Below are positions 22,870-33,538 of a stretch of 64,000 nucleotides of DNA, one piece after another. The DNA is from Epithemia pelagica. Taxonomy: Eukaryota; Protista; Bacillariophyta. The notes below the pieces were generated by a model. That model worked only from the letters and a program-made list of their open reading frames with translations, was not told the origin of the DNA and did no database searches. Both the position numbers and the translations under genes were made by a program. The stretch spans positions 2,232,001 to 2,296,000 of the forward strand of contig OX337242.1 of the NCBI GenBank assembly GCA_946965045.2, given 5' to 3'. Numbering within the stretch: the stretch's first letter is position 1; the number at the start of each line of letters is the position of its first letter.

Positions 22870-23373
22870 CAGTCCCGCATGACTGACTCATCGAGTCACA
22901 TTTTTTGGAGAAACTCCATCCATGGCGTGTCACATCGCCGCTTCTGCACGATCATTGGCATCCTCGATGCCGTCGTCACCCAATGAGTTGAACCCTGTGT
23001 CCTTGTGACAGGTCCGGCCACTCATGACATGATTTCCTAGTGTCATCTGGTCCTTATCAGTATGAACATCCTCAAGGAGCGGGTCTTGACAAGTCTCCAT
23101 TTCCAAGTCTTCGGTACTGCAGATTGCCCAAACGCTCCTCTGCTTCGATGGGAGCCGTGCGTCGCATGGATAGCCACCCGAAGCTTGGTTGCAAGTTGGC
23201 TTTCACCTGGTCCCGTTTGAGGCAAAATCAAGGCGTGTCTCTCAAACGCCCATATCCTCGACAACGGAAACAGGCATGTATGACAATGAGCTCGGATGAA
23301 CAGAAAGTGTCGTTGAAAAGCGAAAAGCATGATTTGAGAAGAGTGGACAAACAAAACCATGACACCCGTCATC
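22870..23373 (+). pseudogene. Internally deleted duplicate of the NPPY methyltransferase gene at 25141-26088
   Basis: Nucleotide similarity to both 25076-25185 and 25650-26015, joined at ~23000. Translated SGPYQYEHPQGAGLDKSPFPSLRYCRLPKRSS matches the parent SGPYEYEHPHGTGHDKSPFQSLWYCGLPKRSS. Confidence 0.85.
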
Positions 23374-23904
23374 GACTCATCCACCCTATCTCCATAGCCT
23401 TGATGACTTTGAGATTGTGTTGTAGGAACAGTCTTCTCAAGGGATGAACAGTGTTCTTCAGCAACGTTCGGACAAGGCGATTGCTTGATTACGAGGCATG
23501 TCCTACGGCAGACAATTCAGTTACAGATGCAACGGATTCGTTCAAGAACAGTCTTCAGAATATTACTCGCAACATTATGTCTTCGATGTCCTCGTGGTGC
23601 GTTTATCAACACCATGCTCATTGATCGACAATGGCCACCATTGGGACAAACCAACGTTGGGACGCTGGTTTCACAACTCCCTGTATCCAAGCGAGGTTGA
23701 TTCACTCTTGCCATTTTTTAAGGCGCGCCTCGATAGACAACAATGATGACGGCCATTTTATATCGAATCGAGAAAGTTCCGAAAAGGCAAGAAATAGACT
23801 AGGTAGACGAAATGGCTGAATCGAAAGGCTGCAGGACCAAGAATGCATGTGTCTGAGTTTCTTTGTTCTTGTCTGGTTTATGATAAAAAACACCATGACG
23901 ATTA

Positions 23905-24852
23905 TTATTGCATATGCTTGGGACAAGGGAGTTCTCCAGAATCCTCCATCTCCTTGTAAAGTTGCAGACACAGTGCCAGTGCGTCGGGCTCGGTATGAAA
24001 GAGGTATTTAAGGCATTCGAGCACGTTGAGTCGATAATCTCCGCCAACAAAGGTTGGGATTTTTTCGGAGGAAGGCATCAAGTCGATTTCTCCCGCCAAG
24101 GCCGATTCATAATCGTCGTAGGCCACGAATCCCCATTTCTTGAGAGCTCGGGGCCCCATTTCCTTGAAAAATTCCTTCATTTTGTCGTCTGGTCGAATGG
24201 AAATCATTCGAGCGAGTTTGAGTGGAATCAGTGATGTTACATCGGTATTACGTCGTTTCGTATCCATATCGTATTTATTCCAATCAAAATCAACCATATC
24301 CGAAAAGGAAATGATTCCCTTGGTTGTCGCCATGGGATACGATCGAATGATACTCCGGGCCATGAGGGCAAACATTTTGAGGGACAAGTCCTTCCATTCG
24401 TCAGTTTGATCCTCCTTGGCAGGGTAGTATTCATCACCATAGTATTCATGAGTCCATTGCAAAGGGGCTCCATTCTTTGCCACAAGATTGGGATCTACCA
24501 CCATGAGACCACAAGACCAGACCTTGATAAGATACTTCATAACCTCTGACGTCCACGTTCCGTGAAGCCATCCAAATCGCCGTTCGGCTTCTTCCAATTG
24601 TTGCAGCCGTTCCACTACCACCTTGGCCAGTCGGCTTTCGTCCTCATCGATTGGAGCACCCACGGTTGCCACACATGTTGCCCATAACATCTCTTTGGGG
24701 TGTACCTTTGGAAGGTTGCGGGTGGCACGAACCTTGAGGTAAACTTGTGCACGAGACTTGGATAGTTGAAAGGTTGAAAAGAGATCTTGTTCCTCCTCGC
24801 TGAGGTCTAGGGCCCCCGGTGCCTCACGCCAAGTGTTGCACGAAGCGTCCAT
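23905..24852 (-). CDS. CRAL-TRIO/Sec14-like lipid-binding domain protein
   Basis: KGIISFSDMVDFDW..IPLKLARMISIRP..IPTFVGG follows the CRAL-TRIO pattern (G..i..D, P.r....i..P, iP..lGG); ATG at 24852. Confidence 0.6.
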   Translation of the reverse strand: MDASCNTWREAPGALDLSEEEQDLFSTFQLSKSRAQVYLKVRATRNLPKVHPKEMLWATCVATVGAPIDEDESRLAKVVVERLQQLEEAERRFGWLHGTWTSEVMKYLIKVWSCGLMVVDPNLVAKNGAPLQWTHEYYGDEYYPAKEDQTDEWKDLSLKMFALMARSIIRSYPMATTKGIISFSDMVDFDWNKYDMDTKRRNTDVTSLIPLKLARMISIRPDDKMKEFFKEMGPRALKKWGFVAYDDYESALAGEIDLMPSSEKIPTFVGGDYRLNVLECLKYLFHTEPDALALCLQLYKEMEDSGELPCPKHMQ

Positions 24853-25140
24853 TGTACTCGCTGAGGTCTGTTTCAAGAAGCAGTTCTCTTCTGTGATAAA
24901 GTTTCATGCTCTCGAGAGCAAGCCTCGAGGAAATGATCGTTTCTATCGCACAAACAATGCGTGGCATGGTTGAGGCCACCAATGCAGCTGATGGGTGGGT
25001 GGGGTGCGATCGCATGCTGAACGCACGATCGACCATGAAGAATCGAAAATCTGCCCCATTAACTTCTGCTAGAACAGTCCCGCATGATTCATCAATTCCA
25101 CCATGGCGTCATGTTTTCTCGGTCGTCTTCTGATTATTCA

Positions 25141-26088
25141 ATGGCATCCTCGATGCCGTCGTCACTCAAGCACTTGAACCCCGTGGTTGGTGGCAAGAGA
25201 TGGAACGAAAACGACTTTCCATTTGAATCCAATTACAATGATCACTTTGAAACACCCTTGGTGGCTGTGGCGTATCAAGATATTCTTCCATTGTTGAAAT
25301 TAATTCAATCTCATCGAGATCTTTCAAATTCTCGTGATAATCCACAAAAGAAAAGGAAACACAACAAGAAAGATTCTGCCTTGATTCTCTATGATCCTTA
25401 TTACTGCAATGGAAGGGCCAAAGTCTTGCTGCAACAGATTGGATTTGAGAATGTGATTCACGAGAAGCGTGATTTTTACCGTGACATGGAACAAGAGCAA
25501 GTGCCGAGGCACCATGTCCTTATAACCAATCCACCCTATTCGGATTTGCACAAACAAAAATGCCTCGAATTTTGCCTTACACAAACCACGGTTCCATTCT
25601 TTTTGCTCATGCCCAATTATGTGGCGTCGCGAAACTATTTTCGAGAGGCTGTGACAGGTTCGGCTACTCATGACATGATTTACCTTGTTCCATCGGGTCC
25701 TTATGAGTATGAGCATCCTCACGGAACGGGTCATGACAAGTCACCCTTTCAAAGTCTCTGGTACTGCGGATTGCCCAAACGCTCCTCTGTTTCAATGGAA
25801 GCCGTACGTCGCATGGAGGAGAAGGACCCAACGTTTGGCGGCAAGTTGGTGTTCACCTGGTCCAGTTTGATGCAACATCAGGGGTTGTCCCTCAAACGCC
25901 CAAATCCCCGACAACGGAAACGGAAACGTGCGAAAACGATCGCAGATGAACCGAATGAGTCGCTGGAAAGGACAAATCATGATTCGACAAGAGTGGACAA
26001 ACCTAACGACGACAACCGTCATGGATCGAAACGAAAGGAAAGCAAATATCGAGACAAAGATGGTTCAAGAAAAAGAAAAAGATTCTAA
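25141..26088 (+). CDS. Amino (N6A/N4C-type) methyltransferase-like protein with NPPY motif
   Basis: DHFETP, LYDPYYCNG (SAM-binding-like), LITNPPYS (motif IV) and FFLLMP..V; basic, NLS-like C-tail (KRKRF). Confidence 0.7.
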   Translation: MASSMPSSLKHLNPVVGGKRWNENDFPFESNYNDHFETPLVAVAYQDILPLLKLIQSHRDLSNSRDNPQKKRKHNKKDSALILYDPYYCNGRAKVLLQQIGFENVIHEKRDFYRDMEQEQVPRHHVLITNPPYSDLHKQKCLEFCLTQTTVPFFLLMPNYVASRNYFREAVTGSATHDMIYLVPSGPYEYEHPHGTGHDKSPFQSLWYCGLPKRSSVSMEAVRRMEEKDPTFGGKLVFTWSSLMQHQGLSLKRPNPRQRKRKRAKTIADEPNESLERTNHDSTRVDKPNDDNRHGSKRKESKYRDKDGSRKRKRF

Positions 26089-26450
26089 TCGAGAAACGGC
26101 TTGTCATCTTGTGCACTAAGGACTTGTTTGCCGACTTCCCCAATCTATATTCTTGGCTTTCGCCGCATGCTTCTTCGAGACAACCTTGCGCCGTTTTGGA
26201 ACCACGGGAGCCTCAGAGAGAATTTGTCCTACCTATCTGTTTTCAATTGGCGATTAAACGAAAACGTTCTATTGATCGGATTGTCTACGTGCTCTACGTC
26301 TACATCACAGGGTCGTGGAATCAACACAGTGAAAACGCTCCGTCAAAGTCTCGTCCTGAGCTCCTCTTCCTCGACGCCATACACAACACAAGCTGGCCAG
26401 TCCAAGTCCTCATAAGCAAGAATCACACAAATCGGAGAACGCCGACTTTG

Positions 26451-29400
26451 CTACTTGGACGGTTCATCGGAGAGCATAACGTCTTGGTTGCAAAGAGGAC
26501 AACACGCTTTGGTTTGAAGCCAGGTGTCCAAACATGCCACGTGAAATACATGCTGACATGAATGCAACTGTCGCAGGTTCTCCTCTGTAGTATCGGCATC
26601 AAAATCTCCCAGGCAAATGGGGCAGCGACGATCATTTATCGAATTGCCTTCCGAAGAGGCTTCGTCGGGGCAACACTTCTTGTCCAACTCGGATAAGTAC
26701 TTTGCAGGGCTGATCAACGACGAATTGCTCTCCAATTTGGCTTTTGATTCGTCTGTCCAGGTTTCATTCACTTTCCGGCCCACGCGTTCCGTTAGTTCAA
26801 GTAGTCCTTCATAGGTCAACCCATCGACATCCATCGCATCGCCCTGTGCTTCACTGAGGCGACTTTCGAGATCGCCTCGGCGGACCATACCACGTTCCGT
26901 ACACATCATGACGGTCAATGTTGCTGACGGAGCGAGTCCAAGTTCTTTCAATGACTTTGTCCCATGAGCTTCCAGACTGAACTCACGTTTAGGGAGTGCC
27001 AACAAGAGAGTAAACCCTTTCAGAGAAAGCGGCCGTGCGAAAGCGGGGTCCTTTATCATTTGAGGGCCATGTGGAGTCATGACATGTTTGCTTTGAGCAA
27101 CACCAGGGACTGAATGTTTCTGTGCTACAAACTCTGGATCCACAAACTTCTCGATATGTTCATACAAATCGGACAATTTGTCTTCTCCATCAAACTCTTC
27201 TGTTATTGACGATGGATCTCCGGGTAGCCGAATTTTTAATCGACAAGTAGACCCTGAGGATCGCTTGCTCTTGTAGGGAGACGACCGCGCCAAAACCGCA
27301 GGTTTCTTGGCCGCTTCGTGGTTTGGTCCGGAGGAAGTATTTATCGTTGTCCCCATTCCCCAACTATCGTTCCAGTTGTTATCACTGTTGAATGCGTCCC
27401 CATATCCATCATCATAGAACTCAGTGTTCTTTTGTGAGTCATCGTCATTGGAATGCCCATCATCCTCGCCCCACGACTCGTCATTCTCCAAGGGTACCGC
27501 AGAAGCAACAGGAGGTACCTTTGGCTGCGGCAACGCCTCATCATCATTAAGAATATCTATACGAGCATTTATTTGCTCCTGCAATCGCCCGGCACGAATG
27601 TAATCGCGCTCTCCGGCCACCACTTCCATTCGCTCATTCAAGAATTCCAGATGATGGAGCCCTTCTTGCAACTTTCCGGCCCTTACATAATTACCCATGG
27701 CTGCCGCATCTTCAATTTGCTGACGAACATCATCAATGCAAGTAATCTTCTTGTTCTTAACCACCGATGGCGGAAGATCAACGGGCTTTGTTTCTTTATC
27801 ATTCTCGTCTCCAGGAGGGGGAGCTTTGAGTGATGGCTTGTCGGCTGCGGCTCTCTTGTTTGAGAGCGATGTAACTCTCATCGCCACATCTCTGACAGAG
27901 GTCGAAGATTCGGTCACAACCATCGGCGGAGTTTCGATACGGGACAGAACACCTTCAAGTTTAACATTAAGAGAAGATATTTTGTCCAAGAGTTTCGAGT
28001 GTTTCCTGTCATGTCCTTCGTCGTCCTCCATAGCACAGGCTCCAGAGTGTCCGAAGAAGGATGGCTTGATGGAGTTATCACGAGTCCATGACTGCACTTC
28101 TTTTAGGATCAAACTTCGATTCTGGTAGAAATGAAGCCAGATTGGTCGAGCAAAAGGACCGAGATACTTCGCAGAAGAAGAAGACGATGATGTCAGCTTT
28201 TCTTGAGTTTCGTCCATATCTTCTTCTTGTTCTTCGTCGTCGCTGATATCTTCCTCTTGTTCTTCGTCGTCACCGTCTTGAATCCCGAAGTTATCGTCAT
28301 CCTTCCATATTTCATTGGCTTCCTTGGTTTCGTCATTTTCGGCCTCAACGTTCAACACCATCTTGAGCATATCCAACATGGCATATCGCACCGTGCCAAT
28401 TCGTAGCTTGTTTTCGTATATGGCGACATGTCTCGGTACAAAATCTTCATGGACTATGCCGCCCGTTTTGAGTAAATGACCGGTCCGTTGAAAGGATCCC
28501 TCTTTGACTGTGCCTTCCCATCCTCCATGACCAGGCTCGAGATAATAAGGATGTTCGGCCCCCAAGATCAGTCCTTGAATCGATATCAAAACCTGATTCA
28601 AGGTGGAAATGTTTGGACGCCATTTGGGACCGCTCCATGTACCCAATAACGAGAGACAAACCTTGCCATTGGCGTAGAGATTAGGACCAAACCGTACTGT
28701 TCCACCACCAGTCGTCAACAGCTCCACCTTGGGTGGTTCTGTTGGATAGGATCCAGGGACGTAAATATCAAACACAAACAAGCCACCGGAATAAGGAGTA
28801 GGACCAGGTAAGGCTGCGGGTATCATAGCTCGCAAAAACTGGGGAGTTTCCTCGTCAAAGCGGACAAAAACGGAGCATCGTGGATCAGAGGGCAAGGAAT
28901 CATTCATTGTTTCCAGTTCCTTGAACAGCTTTCGAAGACATTTTGGGCTGCTGCCCCCTGCAGTTTCTAGGTTATGTTTCTTGTTGAACACCGATGATTC
29001 ACGAATTCCTTCTGCAGGGGCACACAGTGGTGTGCTCTTGAGATACTCCTTCCAGTCCTCCTCAAAGGCCTTGTCGGTTTCCTTAGGAGAACTAGCAGGC
29101 AACAGTGAAGAAGCGACAACAGAGGCTTCCATCTTCTGTGCACCAACGCTACTACTAGCTGCGTCTTGAACGCTCTGTGAAAGATCCATCGCTTCCGTAT
29201 CCTCTGTGGCCGTAATCACTGCTGAGGCTGGTGCAGCCTTCAGTGATACAGCACTCGACGAACCGGAATCGAGTCCAGTGTTCTCCTGTAGAAAGGGTTC
29301 CTGCGTGGAACCTTTTTCAGAGATGACACCTGAAGAGTTTTCTGGGGCACTTGTTGCCGCGTCCCCGGAAGGAGCAAGTTTTTGAATGCGCAAATCGGCG

Positions 29401-30119
29401 AAACGAGGAGGTCCAGTCATGGGAGTATCTTTGGAAGGTGTCGTCGCCGCAAATGACAAGGCGGATTCTCTACGTAACGCCTTGATTTTTCGATCCTCTT
29501 CATCTTCTTTCCAAGCTCGCAAAGCACGTGTTCGTTCAGCCGCTTTCGCCTTTCGCGCTGCCCTTGCGGATGCTTGTCTCCGCTGACGTTCGGCTTCACT
29601 GAGGAACGGACCCGTGTCGTCGTCGCTCTTTCTTCCCGCAGTACTTGGTGATTTCCTGTCACTCGCCGAGACCTTTTTGCAAGGATCGGTCGCTGCTCCA
29701 ATACCCATTTGCTCCAACTGCGTGAGTTTGGTTTCCAGACTGTGCATCAAGATGGAACATAGTTCTCGGTTTTTGGGTGAATCGGTAAACACGAGAACTG
29801 TTTCTTCTTCATCACTCCGCGCAAACCCTGCCAATCCCAAAATATCCAAGGCACCTGGAACAGATACAATCGATGCTTGAATTCGAGGATTCTGTAACCG
29901 GATCCGACGATACTTGAGTTCGGAATGGACAGTTGCGTTGTGGATCAGCTTGCGAAGGACCGTGCAGGACTCAACGAGACCGGTCCAATTCGTTCCTTGC
30001 GATTGGTCCTGAGGTTGTTGAAACCGCTGTGATCCATCCGCATTCAAAGTTTCAAAAGGAATACTGTTGGCCCTATAAAAGTCTTCCAAGACGGCCGATA
30101 CCACTAGAGTTGACTCCAT
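26451..30119 (-). CDS. Multidomain ubiquitin enzyme: PUB + BIRC6/UBE2Z-like UBC + UVR-like repeats + UBX + RING-H2
   Basis: PUB (LRKLIHNA..KYRRIRLQNPRI..GALDILGLAGF); UBC (PTPYSGGLFVFDI..YPTEPP..PNLYANGKVCLSLLGTW); UBX (CRLKIRLPG..LKELGLAPSATL); TYEGLLELTERVG; RING-H2 (CPICLGDF..CQHVFHVACLDTWL..CPLC). One uninterrupted 1222-aa ORF. Confidence 0.9.
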   Translation of the reverse strand: MESTLVVSAVLEDFYRANSIPFETLNADGSQRFQQPQDQSQGTNWTGLVESCTVLRKLIHNATVHSELKYRRIRLQNPRIQASIVSVPGALDILGLAGFARSDEEETVLVFTDSPKNRELCSILMHSLETKLTQLEQMGIGAATDPCKKVSASDRKSPSTAGRKSDDDTGPFLSEAERQRRQASARAARKAKAAERTRALRAWKEDEEDRKIKALRRESALSFAATTPSKDTPMTGPPRFADLRIQKLAPSGDAATSAPENSSGVISEKGSTQEPFLQENTGLDSGSSSAVSLKAAPASAVITATEDTEAMDLSQSVQDAASSSVGAQKMEASVVASSLLPASSPKETDKAFEEDWKEYLKSTPLCAPAEGIRESSVFNKKHNLETAGGSSPKCLRKLFKELETMNDSLPSDPRCSVFVRFDEETPQFLRAMIPAALPGPTPYSGGLFVFDIYVPGSYPTEPPKVELLTTGGGTVRFGPNLYANGKVCLSLLGTWSGPKWRPNISTLNQVLISIQGLILGAEHPYYLEPGHGGWEGTVKEGSFQRTGHLLKTGGIVHEDFVPRHVAIYENKLRIGTVRYAMLDMLKMVLNVEAENDETKEANEIWKDDDNFGIQDGDDEEQEEDISDDEEQEEDMDETQEKLTSSSSSSAKYLGPFARPIWLHFYQNRSLILKEVQSWTRDNSIKPSFFGHSGACAMEDDEGHDRKHSKLLDKISSLNVKLEGVLSRIETPPMVVTESSTSVRDVAMRVTSLSNKRAAADKPSLKAPPPGDENDKETKPVDLPPSVVKNKKITCIDDVRQQIEDAAAMGNYVRAGKLQEGLHHLEFLNERMEVVAGERDYIRAGRLQEQINARIDILNDDEALPQPKVPPVASAVPLENDESWGEDDGHSNDDDSQKNTEFYDDGYGDAFNSDNNWNDSWGMGTTINTSSGPNHEAAKKPAVLARSSPYKSKRSSGSTCRLKIRLPGDPSSITEEFDGEDKLSDLYEHIEKFVDPEFVAQKHSVPGVAQSKHVMTPHGPQMIKDPAFARPLSLKGFTLLLALPKREFSLEAHGTKSLKELGLAPSATLTVMMCTERGMVRRGDLESRLSEAQGDAMDVDGLTYEGLLELTERVGRKVNETWTDESKAKLESNSSLISPAKYLSELDKKCCPDEASSEGNSINDRRCPICLGDFDADTTEENLRQLHSCQHVFHVACLDTWLQTKACCPLCNQDVMLSDEPSK

Positions 30120-30380
30120 GGTGGTGTATTGTTGCGGTGGTTTGACAACTTTGACAAGATATGAGCGAGAAAATCTGAATCGCGGGCACTGTGACTCCTC
30201 GATAGCGGAAGAATCTGATGTGAGTATGAGTCACGCGAACACTGAGAGACATGACACCTCTCGGATGTAGGTGAAACGTGCTCAAATTCCGGGTTTTCCG
30301 GGGAGAGACAAGTCTTTCGATTTTCGATGGATTCGGACTCCAGCGCTTAGCATGGGTAGCTATCTCTACCTTACGAATTA

Positions 30381-31057
30381 CTCCCTCTGGACCGTAATTG
30401 TGTAGCGCGCGACCAACAAGTAAAATTAGTCGCCTTAATACATCACGTAGACCCTGGTACAAACCTACGGGGATTTGGCCGGCTCATTCGGAGTCGAATT
30501 TTAGTGATGAACATTCCACGACACACGAGCCTTCAAATAAGTAGAAAAACTATTTAACGTCAAATATAACGACTAAGGACTGATAGATAAGCTTTTTTCC
30601 GCGCCTGCATGCTTTAGGCCAAATATCTGGTGAGTTGATTAAGCACTGAAGCACGACTGAGCATGGCACGCGCCAACAGATTACTTATGGAGGTTCTGCT
30701 AGCACCAAATTTTTTGGCGACTTGTGCAATGGCACCATGGGAAAGTTTGCCATTTTTAGCCAGCGCCAGCAGAAGCACTATGGCACGTCCACGGTCTTGT
30801 GGATGCATATCCCTCCTCTATGGACCCCTCTGGGCCTCCCCTAAATGGGCCGGGTCTTGAGAGGGGTCAGGGGGCATGAACGCTTTAGTTCCCTCTCATG
30901 GCCCCAAAAATGAGAGATGGAACATATAAATTATACATGAAAATGTAGATCTTGGAAAGACCGACCGATCTATATAATTTTTAGTACAAACGGAGATATG
31001 CCCATGAAGTTACAGTATTTTTTTGCAATTCGCTACGCAATTTGGGTCCAGAGGGAG
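30381..31057 (-). mobile_element. Non-autonomous mariner (Stowaway/plant-type) deletion derivative, 677 bp
   Basis: 27-bp TIRs CTCCCTCTGGACCGTAATTGTGTAGCG and CTCCCTCTGGACCCAAATTGCGTAGCG (3 mismatches); TA on both sides (30379-80, 31058-59). Internal transposase remnants: HTH ORF 30614-30808, IFDVK*FF (cf. DEKWF) and RRFVP. Confidence 0.9.
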
Positions 31058-31307
31058 TACTCATAGGAGTAAGCCAGACAGAGGATAAGATTATTACATA
31101 TGGTTTGTTTGAAAGGTAAAAGGTATAAAGAAACAGATATATTCTATTCTTGAGATTATACATACTCCCCAGGCGCAATACAACTTATACAATCGTACCA
31201 TTCTCATAGCGAAGGATTTCCATAGATTTGGTTGGCCTTGACCACCACTTCCATAGGTTTCGGCAGAGGCTACAGGCATGACAAATGCCTGGTCGCGGTG
31301 CCAACAA

Positions 31308-32987
31308 CTACTCCTTCCACGGTTCACATATAATGGATCCGTAAAAGGGTCGTTTCACAATGTCCGATCGGGCTTTGGCTACATCATTCAATCCAATGTA
31401 ACGATCAATGTCTGGTCGGAGTTGTCGAGTCGACAACAAATGCAACAAAAAGTCCAAATCTTGTCGGACATTCTCATCCATGGACTCCCCAATCACATCC
31501 GCAAAGTTGAAGAGGGTCGCACGTTTCATGGACACCAAATAGCAATACTCGAGCAGAAACTCATAGGGTAGACAACAAGCCGCATTCACATGCTCATCCT
31601 CTCCCTGCCTTTCTGTACCCGCATTTTTAGACCCAGAAATGGGCACACACACAAGTCTCCCCTTACGAGCCAGTGCCGCTCGTACGGCAGGGAATTCTTT
31701 GGGAAACTGGTAGTCCAAAACGACATCCATTTTTCCTTCCACATTGGGAAGCCATTCATCTGGTTCCTCTCCCAGTATTGTGGGTCGGTGTTTGTGCAAA
31801 ATGGAAAAATACTCTCGCGGCGCCGTCACATAGACATGAGAGCATCCCGCAATCTCTGCCATGCGAACCGCGGCCTGTGCCTCGAGGCTGGTGCAGCCCG
31901 TGATCAATACGGTACGCCCCCGTAAACATGTGCGACTGTACCGATGGGGGCGACTTCGACCATGGTGCAGTGCAGAAAAGGCCGGAAGGTACGTGGACAA
32001 AATGGCACAAATCTCCGCGGCATCCAACTTTTTGGGCACTACACAGAGTCGACGGGTCGGAACGGAAATATACTTGGCATTGGCGCCTCCTCCAGGGACA
32101 ATGGCTGCCACACGCGTTCCAGCTACCAGAATTCCAACATCTGATGACTTTTGTTCCTCCTCAAGGAGATGATCGCTATTCGATTCATTCGAACGTGGCG
32201 TTGTCTGCTGAACGACTCCAACAAAGTTGCTTCCTGGAACATAGTTTTCACTGGCAGCCCCTGCGGCACCCATCAAGTCGCAATCCAGGGGCGAGGATTG
32301 TCTATGAATCATCCAATCCATATCACATATAGCTGACGCCTGTTGAAACGTGATAATGAACAACGAATAAGAAAAGTGACTCCGTTGCATGGTGCGAATA
32401 AAGGAACAGAACTCACGTACTTCTACAATCACCCTGGCCGTTTCTTCATCACCATCGCCATCTCTCGAGTTGAGACCAATACAGCCCAACTGCAATCGGT
32501 CCATATAGGGCCAAGAGGAAGAGAGAGTAGGTGATGTCGCTTTAGGCTTTGCGCTGTTGTGAATGGCCTTTGCACGTTGTCGCCGCTTCCCAACGATATT
32601 TCGATGAGGTAGTTTTCTGGCAACCGATTTCATGGAATTGCAGAGTGCCGAGGCATTGACTCCTCCAAGAAAGGTGGAAGTCCCATTGGTGGTCGTGGAA
32701 ACGTTGGTAAAGGTGATGAGAGACTCATCTTTCTCAACGCTGCTTATGCCTACTTCGTCGTCTGCATCATTCTCCCAATCTTCCTGTGTCTCCACAGTTT
32801 CGTCAATCGTTTTCTCTTCATTGGAGGTTACCATTTCTACTTCCAAGTAGCCGCTGTCACCATCGGTCCATGTGAGCTCCTCTTGCTGGCCGAGATACGG
32901 TCCCACAAAAGAAGATGCATCGGACGAAACCTTGGAAGCAATATCACTGTGACTTCGTGAGTAACCCCAAATGTCCCCAAAGTTCAT
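31308..32987 (-). CDS. MDR-superfamily (zinc-binding dehydrogenase/quinone reductase-like) protein with low-complexity N-terminus
   Basis: VIVE|ASAICDMD (probable in-frame intron 32340-32420), YVPGSNFVG, GTRVAAI..GGANAKYI, AEICAILSTYLPAF, VLITG, DVVLDY, GRLV and GSIICEPW; ATG 32987. Confidence 0.75.
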   Translation of the reverse strand: MNFGDIWGYSRSHSDIASKVSSDASSFVGPYLGQQEELTWTDGDSGYLEVEMVTSNEEKTIDETVETQEDWENDADDEVGISSVEKDESLITFTNVSTTTNGTSTFLGGVNASALCNSMKSVARKLPHRNIVGKRRQRAKAIHNSAKPKATSPTLSSSWPYMDRLQLGCIGLNSRDGDGDEETARVIVEVREFCSFIRTMQRSHFSYSLFIITFQQASAICDMDWMIHRQSSPLDCDLMGAAGAASENYVPGSNFVGVVQQTTPRSNESNSDHLLEEEQKSSDVGILVAGTRVAAIVPGGGANAKYISVPTRRLCVVPKKLDAAEICAILSTYLPAFSALHHGRSRPHRYSRTCLRGRTVLITGCTSLEAQAAVRMAEIAGCSHVYVTAPREYFSILHKHRPTILGEEPDEWLPNVEGKMDVVLDYQFPKEFPAVRAALARKGRLVCVPISGSKNAGTERQGEDEHVNAACCLPYEFLLEYCYLVSMKRATLFNFADVIGESMDENVRQDLDFLLHLLSTRQLRPDIDRYIGLNDVAKARSDIVKRPFYGSIICEPWKE

Positions 32988-33538
32988 GACCACGGTGACA
33001 GCAGCAGCAGCAGCAGGAACAACAACACTGGGGGGTTGATTCGATTTGTGACGAAACGAACCTTGCTTCCCATCGAGAACGGTTGGTAGAGGAGGGCAGT
33101 CCACGAAAAGCTAAGTTTGTGTGCAAATGAGTTCCTTTCCACGCCGTGGGGTGTCACTTAAGGGTTTTTTTGGCGCACACTTTTGAAATCTCTTTTATGA
33201 AAGGACCCACATACTGCAGTCAGACACATGAATGTCCTGCGGGGAGCAGTCCTACCGGAGGCATACTCCACGATCACTTTGCTGCTTCTGGTTTGGGACG
33301 CTCCGTCTCATCTGTGGACTTTATGGCTTCCCGTCTCATGTCAAGAGTCAACCGGTACTTTTTGGCTTACAGTCTATCACAGCTCGGAAGCAGGTTACAC
33401 GTGTGGGAGAGCCGTTAAAGGTACGACTGTTCCGATGAACATTGCATTCGGTCGCGCGTGACGTGCGCAAAATATCTTCCTTCTGCCTTATCGACAGTGA
33501 CGAATGAGGACGAGATGATTCCAACCGATCACCACAAG

